DNA of 32,000 nucleotides from Halalkalibacterium halodurans (lineage in GTDB: Bacteria; Bacillota; Bacilli; Bacillales; Bacillaceae_D): NCBI RefSeq assembly GCF_004376175.1, contig NZ_SNUY01000009.1, positions 32,203-64,202 on the forward strand, in the 5' to 3' direction. Each line of letters starts with the position of its first letter. The first letter of the stretch is position 1. Below, piece after piece: positions 19,131 to 27,196 of the stretch. The notes under the pieces are model-generated. The model worked only from the letters and a program-made list of their open reading frames with translations. It was not told the DNA's origin and made no database searches. The position numbers and the translations under genes are program-made.

Positions 19131-20513
19131 TTAAAAAATCAGGTGGGCCATTCCTACAATAATTGGTAACGTGATGATTGTTCGCAATAAGAAAATCAGG
19201 ACAAGATCAATAAATTTAACGGGTAATTTTGAGGCGATAATCAGTCCGCCGACCTCAGACATATAAATCAATTGCGTAACTGACACGCAGGCAATGACAA
19301 ATCTCGTCAAATCACTTTCAATACCGCTCCCAATAATAGCTGGCAGGAACATGTCAGCAAAGCCGACGACCATTGTTTGCGCAGCTGCATGGGCTTCAGG
19401 TACTTGAAGCAGCTGTAGAATCGGTACAAACGGAGCACCCACGATTTTAAACAGGGACGTATACTCTGCGAAAATGACGGCCACCGTTCCGATCGCCATA
19501 ATGACTGGGATGACGGCAAACCACATATCAAATACATTTTTCATTCCGCCTTGAAGCAAGTTCTTCACACTACGATTTTGCCTAGCTCTCTCTAACGCTT
19601 TTGTCATTCCATAGGCAAACATCCCCCGCCCCTTTGAAGCGCTTTCATCAAATCGATCAGGATTTTCTACCAAATACGTATCCCGCTTTCGTGACAAAGG
19701 CGGTATTCTCGGGAGAATGATCGCCGCTGCAAGGCCTGCAAGCACAATCGTCAAATAGTACGGAAGAAAGAGATGCTCTAAGTCCATATACGCTAAGACG
19801 ACAATGCTGAACGTAATCGAGACAACAGAAAATGTCGTACTAATAACAGCTGCTTCTCGTTGTGTGTAAAAGCCTTCTTCGTATTGTTTGTTCGTCAGCA
19901 AGACACCAATCGTCCCGTCCCCCATCCACGAAGCCAAACAATCAATCGAAGAACGCCCTGGCAGCGTAAAGACCGGACGCATGAATTTATTTAATAACAC
20001 GCCGAACAGCTCGAGTAATCCGAAGTTTAATAGGAACGGAAGAAAGAGTCCAGCAAATAAAAAGATCGTGAACAACAGCGGCAAAAGATCGTACAACAAC
20101 AATGCACCCGTTCCTTCAGACCATACCGCTTCCGGTCCGAGTTGGAGCAACGTCATGAACGCAAAAATGAAACCGAGCACCCGGACAACTAACCACATCG
20201 GATGGATGACGAATAAACTTTTCAAAAGTCCATTTTTCATAAACAAATTTGGCTTGAATAGTGTGGCCACACAGGACAACACGACGACGATGGCAAGCAT
20301 GATCGTAAGGATAGCCGGCAAATGATCGTCCAGTGCTCCTTGCAGCTGTTTCGCTAAAAACGCGACAGGAATCGTAATTGCGTTGTCTTTTTGGATTGGT
20401 ACCATAAATAGACCTACACCAATGATCGACGGAATGAGAAACCATAAATAGTCCTTCAAACCTTTGCCTCGATTTTCTACAGTTTCTTTCCGTTGTACTT
20501 CTTCAACCCCCAT
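19131..20513 (-). CDS. YjiH-family / nucleoside-recognition (Gate) domain membrane protein, 460 aa
   Basis: Polytopic protein with YjiH-like segments (...FMRPVFTLPGRSSIDCLASWMGDGTIGVLLT...). Follows rocF by 33 nt. Confidence 0.7.
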   Translation of the reverse strand: MGVEEVQRKETVENRGKGLKDYLWFLIPSIIGVGLFMVPIQKDNAITIPVAFLAKQLQGALDDHLPAILTIMLAIVVVLSCVATLFKPNLFMKNGLLKSLFVIHPMWLVVRVLGFIFAFMTLLQLGPEAVWSEGTGALLLYDLLPLLFTIFLFAGLFLPFLLNFGLLELFGVLLNKFMRPVFTLPGRSSIDCLASWMGDGTIGVLLTNKQYEEGFYTQREAAVISTTFSVVSITFSIVVLAYMDLEHLFLPYYLTIVLAGLAAAIILPRIPPLSRKRDTYLVENPDRFDESASKGRGMFAYGMTKALERARQNRSVKNLLQGGMKNVFDMWFAVIPVIMAIGTVAVIFAEYTSLFKIVGAPFVPILQLLQVPEAHAAAQTMVVGFADMFLPAIIGSGIESDLTRFVIACVSVTQLIYMSEVGGLIIASKLPVKFIDLVLIFLLRTIITLPIIVGMAHLIF

Positions 20514-20546
20514 AAAATCTCCCCCTTTTTTCCCGCTAATCGAACG

Positions 20547-21452
20547 TTAGAGTAGCTTCTTTCCTAAAAGCGAGGTCACTAACGCAACCGCCACGTTTGC
20601 CGTTTGGTTTTTGTTATCGAGAATTGGATTAATCTCCACGAATTCAGCTGACGTAATCAATTCCGATTCCGCGAGCATTTCCAGGGCTAAATGACTCTCC
20701 CGATACGAAATCCCCCCTAATACCGGTGTGCCTACCCCTGGTGCATCGACTGGATCAATCCCATCCAAATCAAAGCTTAAATGGACGCCATCGGTGCGGG
20801 CAGAAAGATAGTCAATCGTCTCTTCAATCACTCTCGTCATGCCCATTCGATCAACTTCGTGCATCGTATAAACTTTAATGCCTTGTTCCCTAATGAGTTG
20901 CCGTTCTCCCTCATCGATCGAGCGAGCCCCGATAATGACAATATGTTCAGGTTTCACTTTCGGAGTAATGCCCCCTATGTTCATTAACCGCTCATGCCCG
21001 ATGCCAAGATTAACCGCCAACGGCATCCCATGAATATTTCCAGATGGTGATGTCTCTTCTGTATTTAAATCCGGATGGGCATCATACCAAATGACCCCAA
21101 GGTTATTGTAGCTTTTTCTGATACCTGCAATCGAACCGATGCTAATGCTATGGTCGCCGCCTAAAATGAGAGGGAAGCTATGCTCTGCTTCGATTGCCGC
21201 AACCCCTTTGCACAACTCCTCACTCACCTTTACAACTTCATCCAGATTTCTGAGCGGCCCCTCCTGAGTCTCACTCGTTGCTGGGCGATTGATCGGAATA
21301 TCCCCATAATCTTTTACTTCAAACCCAAGGGCCTCAATCTCTTCAATTAACCCGGCATATCGCATCGCGCTCGGTCCCATATCAACCCCTCGACGCTTCT
21401 GTCCTAAATCCATTGGCACTCCAATAATCGAAACTTTTTGAAATTTGTTCAT
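20547..21452 (-). CDS. rocF: arginase, 301 aa
   Basis: [35 protein letters not shown]..., [17 protein letters not shown] and SFDLDGIDP (Mn-binding motifs), ending ...LLGKKLL like Bacillus RocF. The ATG at 21452 follows AGAGGAG. The longer track ORF runs into the sigma-54 promoter. Confidence 0.93.
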   Translation of the reverse strand: MNKFQKVSIIGVPMDLGQKRRGVDMGPSAMRYAGLIEEIEALGFEVKDYGDIPINRPATSETQEGPLRNLDEVVKVSEELCKGVAAIEAEHSFPLILGGDHSISIGSIAGIRKSYNNLGVIWYDAHPDLNTEETSPSGNIHGMPLAVNLGIGHERLMNIGGITPKVKPEHIVIIGARSIDEGERQLIREQGIKVYTMHEVDRMGMTRVIEETIDYLSARTDGVHLSFDLDGIDPVDAPGVGTPVLGGISYRESHLALEMLAESELITSAEFVEINPILDNKNQTANVAVALVTSLLGKKLL

Positions 21453-21500
21453 CCTATGACTCCTCTCTAGATCGCAAACATGTATGTCTATCTCCTTCAT

Positions 21501-21518
21501 TTGCAAAAACTGTGCCAA
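21501..21518 (-). promoter_or_regulatory. sigma-54 (-24/-12) promoter of the rocF operon
   Basis: The minus strand reads TTGGCACAGTTTTTGCAA, which is TGGCAC-N5-TTGCA, an exact consensus match. It lies about 50 nt upstream of the rocF ATG. Confidence 0.9.
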
Positions 21519-21599
21519 TTAATAATAGACAAAACAGATAGAAAAATAGATTAAACCCACGATACAATCTTTTCGTTTAGCCAAATTTTCTGTCACTTC

Positions 21600-21622
21600 C
21601 AACGAAAAAATTTTTTGCGTTG
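21600..21622. promoter_or_regulatory. near-perfect palindrome CAACGAAAAAATTTTTTGCGTTG; candidate RocR UAS
   Basis: Lies 85-120 bp upstream of the rocF -24/-12 promoter. Its core AACGAAAAAATTTTTTGCG matches AACGAAAAAATAATTTGCA at 15842-15860. Confidence 0.55.
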
Positions 21623-21772
21623 TTATGAAAGAAGTCCTTTATTAATAAAATATTCGAGAAAGAAGGGCCCTTATGATGGTACGCGCTCTAGTAAACGGTA
21701 AATCAACTTATATGCCTTACCATCTGCTCTAGTCTACATTGACAACATTATCCATCTATGACACTATGATAA

Positions 21773-21785
21773 TGAAAGCGCTTCA
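21773..21785. promoter_or_regulatory. cre-like (CcpA) palindrome TGAAAGCGCTTCA
   Basis: Resembles the TGWAARCGYTWNCW cre consensus, about 40 nt upstream of the bdhA start. Confidence 0.35.
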
Positions 21786-21822
21786 ATTAATGCAATAAAT
21801 TTCTTTAAAGGGGGTCCTTTAT

Positions 21823-22875
21823 TTGCAGGCTTTAAGATGGCATGGAGTAAAAGACGTAAGAGTTGACGACATCGCAGAACCTGCAACGCTTAAAGGGAAA
21901 GTAAAGATTAAAGTGAAATGGTGTGGCATTTGTGGAAGTGATCTTCATGAGTATGCGGCCGGTCCAATCTTTATTCCACAAAATAGCCCTCATTCTCTAA
22001 CGGAAGAAAAAGCTCCGATTGTGATGGGCCATGAGTTTTCTGGACAAGTGGTGGAAGTAGGCGATGGTGTGACCAAATGTGAAGAGGGCGACCGTGTAGT
22101 GGTCGAGCCGATTTTTGCTTGTGGTACTTGTACCGCCTGCAAGCAAGGAAAGTATAATCTTTGCGAGCAATTAGGGTTCCTCGGTTTAGCTGGAGGTGGA
22201 GGTGGTTTCTCGGAATATGTGACAGTAGACGAGCACATGGTTCACAAAATTCCGGACACTGTATCCTTCGAGCAAGGGGCCTTAGTCGAGCCCGCCGCCG
22301 TTGCCTTATATGCGGTCCGCCAGAGCCAGTTTAATGTCGGTGACCAAGCGGTTGTATTCGGTACAGGCCCAATCGGATTATTGGTTATTGAAGCGCTTAA
22401 AGCTTCGGGGGCCTCAAAGATTTACGCAGTAGAACTCTCAACCGAACGGAGACAGAGAGCAGAACAATTAGGTGCCATTGCCCTGAACCCAGCGGAAGTA
22501 AATGTAGTGGAAAAAATTCAGCGTCTAACCGATGGCGGTGCTGATGTGTCCTTTGAAGTAACCGGTGTCCCTATTGTCTTAACACAGGCGATCGAGTCCA
22601 CCAAGCTAAACGGGCAAACGATGATTGTGAGCATCTTTGAAAAAGAAGCCTCTTTTCAACCAAACCTAGTTGTCATGCGAGAACGAAACATTGCAGGGAT
22701 TATTGGCTACCGCGACATTTTCCCAGCGGTCATCAGCTTGATGAATCAAGGCTACTTTTCCGCTGAGACGTTAGTCACCAAGCGGATCGGCCTACATGAC
22801 ATTGTAGAGCAAGGCTTCGAGGCTTTAATGAAAGAAAAAAGTCAGGTGAAAATATTGGTTTCCCCTGATCGCTAA
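21823..22875 (+). CDS. bdhA: (R,R)-2,3-butanediol dehydrogenase / acetoin reductase (Zn-dependent MDR family), 350 aa
   Basis: MQALRWHGVKDVRVDDIAEP...KVKWCGICGSDLHEY... with structural-zinc Cys cluster CGTCTACKQGKYNLC. TTG start after AAAGGGGG. Confidence 0.85.
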   Translation: MQALRWHGVKDVRVDDIAEPATLKGKVKIKVKWCGICGSDLHEYAAGPIFIPQNSPHSLTEEKAPIVMGHEFSGQVVEVGDGVTKCEEGDRVVVEPIFACGTCTACKQGKYNLCEQLGFLGLAGGGGGFSEYVTVDEHMVHKIPDTVSFEQGALVEPAAVALYAVRQSQFNVGDQAVVFGTGPIGLLVIEALKASGASKIYAVELSTERRQRAEQLGAIALNPAEVNVVEKIQRLTDGGADVSFEVTGVPIVLTQAIESTKLNGQTMIVSIFEKEASFQPNLVVMRERNIAGIIGYRDIFPAVISLMNQGYFSAETLVTKRIGLHDIVEQGFEALMKEKSQVKILVSPDR

Positions 22876-22888
22876 TCCAAAACATGAT

Positions 22889-22919
22889 GAAAGAGCCTGT
22901 CACCCTAGCAGGCTCTTTC
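22889..22919. terminator. bidirectional stem-loop (GAAAGAGCCTG...CAGGCTCTTTC) between convergent genes
   Basis: 11-bp perfect stem, 14 nt after the bdhA stop and overlapping the stop of the minus-strand gene. Confidence 0.7.
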
Positions 22920-23757
22920 ATCGTTTAAACCACCGCTCTACCTCTTCTCGAAAACGCCCCTCTTTCCAAGCAGTAATCGCATTCCGCTCACCTTTTGTTT
23001 TGATGAAATGCTGAAATAACAAATCCCCGACCAAATAGCCTAGCCGATTATATCCAAACCGATTTCCGCCATTAATCGAAAACCATTCGTGAAACATGGA
23101 TTGGCTCGTTTCCTGTACATAATCATGAGCAAATGCGCTTTTGACCGCATGGGTATTTTCCTTAAAAAAACGTAACCACTCCTCCCCTTCAGCATCAAAG
23201 GAAAAGTACATTGCAGGTGGAAGTTGAGGCACTATTTGCCGTGAAAAGTGTATCGCAGCTCCTTCTTGATATAGCCAAATTAGCGGGCTATCCCACTGCA
23301 CTTTTCCCCAGTCCATACCGGCTTCAGACGAAAGGATGTTATGCGCAACATGACCAAATTCATGGGCGACGATCGCCTGCAAATGCTCAACCTTCGGAGA
23401 CAGCCTTTCTAAAGCAAACGTAACGTCAGGGATAATTTGCCGATGTGTATACGCATTCGAGCCATAGCCACCAACGATCAGATTTACTTCAGTCGGAAAC
23501 GTCACCTGATAGAGTCGACCGTATTCCTCCACTACCTCCTCAATTATCGGGATGATCGCTCTGCGCACCTGCTGAATAGCTAACAACGACTCGGGATATT
23601 TTGCAAGTGATTGGTCATGCCTCTCCTCCGTATCTTTGCAGTGGTAGGCAAAATATTCGTTAAAAATTTTAGGGTATTGACTGTAATAGTGTTTTAAAAA
23701 AGCTAGCGAAGACTCGTAGTATTTAAGGAAGAATGGAACCGTATCGATAATCTTCAA
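22918..23757 (-). CDS. DUF2268-like predicted Zn-dependent protease (HEXXH), about 279 aa
   Basis: HEFGH motif (IVAHEFGHVAHN). Start placed at the TTG at 23757, 5 nt after GGAGGTG. The ATG at 23775 has no SD, and the track start at 23874 overlaps the padR start region. Confidence 0.65.
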   Translation of the reverse strand: MKIIDTVPFFLKYYESSLAFLKHYYSQYPKIFNEYFAYHCKDTEERHDQSLAKYPESLLAIQQVRRAIIPIIEEVVEEYGRLYQVTFPTEVNLIVGGYGSNAYTHRQIIPDVTFALERLSPKVEHLQAIVAHEFGHVAHNILSSEAGMDWGKVQWDSPLIWLYQEGAAIHFSRQIVPQLPPAMYFSFDAEGEEWLRFFKENTHAVKSAFAHDYVQETSQSMFHEWFSINGGNRFGYNRLGYLVGDLLFQHFIKTKGERNAITAWKEGRFREEVERWFKR

Positions 23758-23786
23758 AAGAACACCTCCGCTCATTTTTTTAATGA

Positions 23787-23815
23787 TTGCTTTAATGAAA
23801 CTCATACCGTATAAT
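23787..23815 (+). promoter_or_regulatory. sigma-A promoter of the padR operon (TTGCTT-17 bp-TATAAT)
   Basis: -35 at 23787-23792, exact 17-bp spacer, consensus -10 at 23810-23815. Lies 42 nt upstream of the padR start. Confidence 0.65.
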
Positions 23816-23832
23816 ATATCTAAATGATATAT
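23814..23832. promoter_or_regulatory. inverted repeat ATATATC-TAAAT-GATATAT overlapping the -10/TSS; candidate PadR operator
   Basis: Perfect 7-bp arms with a 5-bp spacer, overlapping the -10 by 2 nt and extending across the expected transcription start. Confidence 0.4.
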
Positions 23833-23856
23833 ATCCAAAAGATATGGTGAGGACAG

Positions 23857-24411
23857 TTGAAAAAATATAATCATACCACCTACGCGATTCTTGGCATTTT
23901 AACGACCGATTGTAAGTCAGGCTATGCCATTAAACAACTGATTGATCAAAGCTTAAATCACTTCTGGAAAATAAGTTATGGGCAAATCTATCCGACTTTA
24001 AAAAAAATCGTTGAAGATGGATTAGCGGAAGTGCGAACGTCGGCAACCGAAGGAAAACCAGATCGAAATGAGTATTTCCTCACACCTAAAGGAATCGAAA
24101 CATTGAAACGCTGGCTCGAACAACCTGTAGAGCAACTTCCTGTAGAGCGAAATGAAGTTTTACTTAAATTGTTTTTTGGCCGTTATCAATCAAAGCAAAG
24201 TACAACAAGAGTGTTAGAGGATTACAAACAAAAGCTAGAAGAACGTTACCAAACATATGTAAACGTCGAACAAGCGATTAAAAGCCATGACGCAAATCAA
24301 GAAGACGCCTGGTATTGGCTCTGCACATTAGACTATGGGAAACGTGCCACACTGGCAGCCATCGATTGGTGCACAGCTTCTCTTGAAACGTTCAAGCGAA
24401 AGGAGAACTAA
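23857..24411 (+). CDS. PadR-family transcriptional regulator (long, two-domain type), 184 aa
   Basis: N-terminal winged-helix YAILGILTTDCKSGYAIKQLIDQSLNHFWKISYGQIYPTLKKIVEDGL is typical PadR. TTG start after GGTGAGGA. Confidence 0.85.
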   Translation: MKKYNHTTYAILGILTTDCKSGYAIKQLIDQSLNHFWKISYGQIYPTLKKIVEDGLAEVRTSATEGKPDRNEYFLTPKGIETLKRWLEQPVEQLPVERNEVLLKLFFGRYQSKQSTTRVLEDYKQKLEERYQTYVNVEQAIKSHDANQEDAWYWLCTLDYGKRATLAAIDWCTASLETFKRKEN

Positions 24412-24415
24412 GGTT

Positions 24416-24889
24416 ATGAGCAAATCGATTTTCACCGGCCGATATACAACGGAAAATGACAACGATGTTGTTGTTTTCATCATCGGGATGAGGGTAAACA
24501 AGCGGTGGGCACTGGGTAAATGGCTGCCTGTGTTCATGGCCATGCCCGGAATGCTTAAAGAGCTCCATGAAAATAAGGAAGAATTAGGATTTTTATCAAT
24601 GGAAAGCTACTTTGGTTTGCGGACGGTAGCCTTGATACAATACTGGCGATCAACGGATGATTTGACAGCCTATGCAAGAAACGAGAAACATTTAACCGCA
24701 TGGAAAAACTTTAATCAAAAGGTTGGGGACAATGACGCTGTCGGCATCTATCATGAAACGTACCGGCTAAAAGCGGGGCAGTATGAATCGGTTTATGGCA
24801 ACATGCCCTTATATGGTTTAGGAAAAGCGTTGCCTCATATTCCTATTACGCCCGACATTAATTCGGCGCAAAAGCGACTAAGAGGGTAG
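24416..24889 (+). CDS. DUF4188-like protein (157 aa), co-transcribed with padR
   Basis: The ATG at 24416 is 4 nt after the padR stop and follows AAGGAGA. The sequence MSKSIFTGRYTTENDNDVVVFIIGMRVNKRW...YWRSTDDLTAYA... fits DUF4188 as I recall it. Confidence 0.65.
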   Translation: MSKSIFTGRYTTENDNDVVVFIIGMRVNKRWALGKWLPVFMAMPGMLKELHENKEELGFLSMESYFGLRTVALIQYWRSTDDLTAYARNEKHLTAWKNFNQKVGDNDAVGIYHETYRLKAGQYESVYGNMPLYGLGKALPHIPITPDINSAQKRLRG

Positions 24890-24952
24890 ATTCGAAGCTT
24901 ACGAAGTTTTTTCTACGCCTCTTTTTCGTTTCTGTGAATAGACACATCGGTG

Positions 24953-25141
24953 TTATTCCTTGCTCTTCCCAATCAATGGAACAATATGTAAGAACTCTTC
25001 AATGCTTTTCAAAAGGAAATGAGGTGCAACTGAAAACTCTAAGGTTTGGTATTCTGGTAACCATTGCACACCTACAGTACGGACGTTAGCTTGCATGCCA
25101 GCATGAATATCGGCACCACTGTTTACCAAATACTTTTTCAA
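24953..25141 (-). CDS. hypothetical 62-aa ORF (possibly a gene remnant)
   Basis: TTG start 9 nt after GGGAGGG. No family recognised. A second, out-of-frame GTG with a better SD lies just upstream, which suggests a broken gene. Confidence 0.3.
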   Translation of the reverse strand: MKKYLVNSGADIHAGMQANVRTVGVQWLPEYQTLEFSVAPHFLLKSIEEFLHIVPLIGKSKE

Positions 25142-25208
25142 AGTAGTCAGGCCCTCCCTTTAAAACAAAAAACACGGGTTAACCTCCTTCTACAGTCCCT
25201 ACATTTCA

Positions 25209-25976
25209 CTAAGAACTTTTTTTACAAACATAGATCATTTGGTCGCTATCTCTTGTTAAAGGGGTTTCCTGCCAATCCTGATACACATCAATTATTTCAA
25301 AGCCATTGGCGCTTAGAAGTCTTTCCATCTCCTTTGGAAATACGTACCGTAAACGAATGTTCGTTCTTTTTTCATTTACAGCTAGACCCTCCGCATTTAC
25401 AGATTTCCTGATCATGGTGTAGTGCTGTATTTGCGTTAGAGGGTCATACTGGCTGATTGTGTAAACGTCTACCTTCTGTCCTGTGTCTGTATCCTGATAG
25501 CTTTTCCAATACTCCTCTGTACTAGGTTGTAACAGTTCCTCTTTGCTTGGGAACCTTGTATCGAAAATAAAAATGCCGCTCTCCTTTAAATGTTTATTCA
25601 CAGACGTTAAAAAACTGTCCTGCTCCTCGTTTGTTAGAAAGTGTTGAAAGACGTTCCCAACGGAATAAATAAACGGACTCATAAGGTTCAAACTCAGCTT
25701 AGTACAATCTTGCTTAATCCATTCAATGGGCAGGTTGAGTCGCGACGATTTTTCTCTAGCGGCTTCCAGCATCCCTTTATGTACGTCGACGCCCATCAGT
25801 TTGTAGCCCTTGCTTGCTAATGGAATCGTCGCTCTTCCTGTCCCACAGGCTAAATCAACAATCGTTCCATCCACTTTCCCCGCCCATTTTAATAAAAAAG
25901 GAATGTCTCCTGTATAACGGTTCTCTTTATCGTATAAAACGGGATCATTATATTCTTGAAAATTTTCCAGCTCCAT
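25209..25976 (-). CDS. class I SAM-dependent methyltransferase, 255 aa
   Basis: Motif I VDLACGTGRATIPLASKGYKLMGVDVHKGML. AAAGGAG SD 8 nt before the ATG. Confidence 0.85.
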   Translation of the reverse strand: MELENFQEYNDPVLYDKENRYTGDIPFLLKWAGKVDGTIVDLACGTGRATIPLASKGYKLMGVDVHKGMLEAAREKSSRLNLPIEWIKQDCTKLSLNLMSPFIYSVGNVFQHFLTNEEQDSFLTSVNKHLKESGIFIFDTRFPSKEELLQPSTEEYWKSYQDTDTGQKVDVYTISQYDPLTQIQHYTMIRKSVNAEGLAVNEKRTNIRLRYVFPKEMERLLSANGFEIIDVYQDWQETPLTRDSDQMIYVCKKSS

Positions 25977-26154
25977 GTGTCATGCTCCTTTCATAGGATT
26001 AAGAATGTTCCGCCCTCTTGACTTAAGTCAATGATCGATACCTCAGCTTCCCCGTACAACGAAGGTAACATTCGAAACGGGGGTTATCATATGGCTACCT
26101 TTGAAAAAAACGCATCTCAACGAAAGTCGCCATTATTATGTATAATAGAATCAT

Positions 26155-26482
26155 ATGAAAGTCAAATGCATGGAGTCGTATCAAGAAACACCCGGGCTCT
26201 CGCTTCTGTTTCGCACGGACAGCATGGCGTTTTTTTGAGTGTAACGGACTTCGCCTTCTCTTAAGCCTTCCTGAAAAAGAGGCATACGCCCATTCGAGTT
26301 CGGTTGTCTATTTTCAAGTGGAGAGTATAAAGGAGATCTATGAAAAGCTAACCGATGAGGGGGTAACGTTTATCGATGAGCCTCACGTTGTGGCAAAAGT
26401 CGGGCAAACGGAAACATGGATGACCTTTTTTCACGATACGGAAGGAAACACGCATGCATTCATGAGCGAGGTTTCTGTCTAG
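26155..26482 (+). pseudogene. VOC/glyoxalase-family protein, N-terminally truncated and frameshifted in a T7 run
   Basis: Frame 1 gives MKVKCMESYQETPGLSLLFRTDSMAFF*. Removing one T from the run at 26230-26236 joins it to ECNGLRLLLSLPEKEAYAHSSSVVYFQVESIKEIYEKLTDEGVTFIDEPHVVAKVGQTETWMTFFHDTEGNTHAFMSEVSV*. The first beta-strand of the fold is absent. Confidence 0.7.
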
Positions 26483-26742
26483 AACATGAAAAAAGGCCCG
26501 GCTAGCGGAGCGACGGAAAGAAAGGAATCACAGTGAGTTTTTGAAAAGGTGATGACGGATGGTAGGGGTGTCTTTCAGGATGCCCCTTCGTGTTGCCCCC
26601 TTGGCTAGACTTTCTGTGAAAAAGGTTACCTTTTAGATACCGACTTAACTTGGAGATGAATCGTTTGACAAAAGCGGTTGTTCCCTACTAAACCGAAGAC
26701 ATTTTACCAGTTGTGTTCTTGAAATTTTTTTACCTGAACTAA

Positions 26743-26771
26743 TTGCTATTTTTCGAACATGCTGATAAGAT
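26743..26771 (+). promoter_or_regulatory. candidate sigma-A promoter with extended -10 (TTGCTA-17 bp-TGaTAAGAT)
   Basis: -35 at 26743-26748 and -10 at 26766-26771. It would start a ~0.5 kb leader ahead of the polyamine operon. Confidence 0.4.
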
Positions 26772-27094
26772 AGAGGCATGAATTGGGAAGCTAATATTCA
26801 AATATACTTGAGAGTCTTTCCAAGCAGATAATTTTTGACCACTTCCTTTGGGAAGTTAAGGCAACGGTACGCCGGGTCAAATGCCGATTGGCAACTTTAG
26901 TTGCCTTATTGATTGAGTTAAAAGCTCAAATTTTATAAGTTGGTTACTTTACAACCAGTGCATACGCACGCAACTTGTGAAACGGTCAATAAGAGTGGTA
27001 AAAGTAATTATTTGCTATTAGACTCTGAACCTAAAAGATATATTTAAATATTAATAAGCTTTCTACTATAGTGCTCCCAAAGCTTAAGGTAGAT

Positions 27095-27136
27095 GTATCC
27101 ATACAGCCTTTTTATGGGTACACTTATGCTTTTTTA
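27095..27136 (+). terminator. stem-loop with distal T-run (GTATCCAT...ATGGGTAC, then ...GCTTTTTT)
   Basis: 8-bp stem (one G-U pair) with an 11-nt loop. The T6 run begins 9 nt after the stem, so this is a weaker terminator candidate. Confidence 0.35.
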
Positions 27137-27150
27137 ATATTGAATATATG

Positions 27151-27196
27151 AAGCAAGTGTTGTGCGTGTTGATGCGCTATGCACTTGCTTTTTTGT
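27151..27196 (+). terminator. strong intrinsic terminator about 100 nt upstream of the CANSDH start (AAGCAAGTG...CACTTGCTT + T6)
   Basis: 10-bp lower stem (27151-60 / 27181-90) plus a 3-bp upper stem, followed directly by TTTTTTG. Confidence 0.7.

Noticed and set aside
21453-21518. N-terminal 22-codon extension of the arginase ORF (MAQFLQMKEIDIHVCDLERSHR)
   Set aside because: The extension contains the exact sigma-54 -24/-12 promoter. The internal ATG at 21452 has a good SD and gives the canonical RocF N-terminus.
24953-25141. LVNSGADIHA motif in the 62-aa ORF resembling an ankyrin repeat
   Set aside because: It is a single short motif with no second repeat or TPLH element, which is insufficient for a family call. 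The ORF is kept only as a low-confidence hypothetical or remnant.
26031-26264. 77-aa plus-strand ORF
   Set aside because: It is an out-of-frame read-through across the decayed VOC gene. It has no SD and no recognisable family, and the VOC frames explain the region better.
26858-26880. GGCAACGGTACGCCGGG resembling the T-box core (GGGTGGTACCGCG)
   Set aside because: Only a partial GGTAC..GCCG match. No specifier-loop, AG-bay or GNUGGNA elements are visible, and the match is 270 nt from the terminator, so it is not a T-box.
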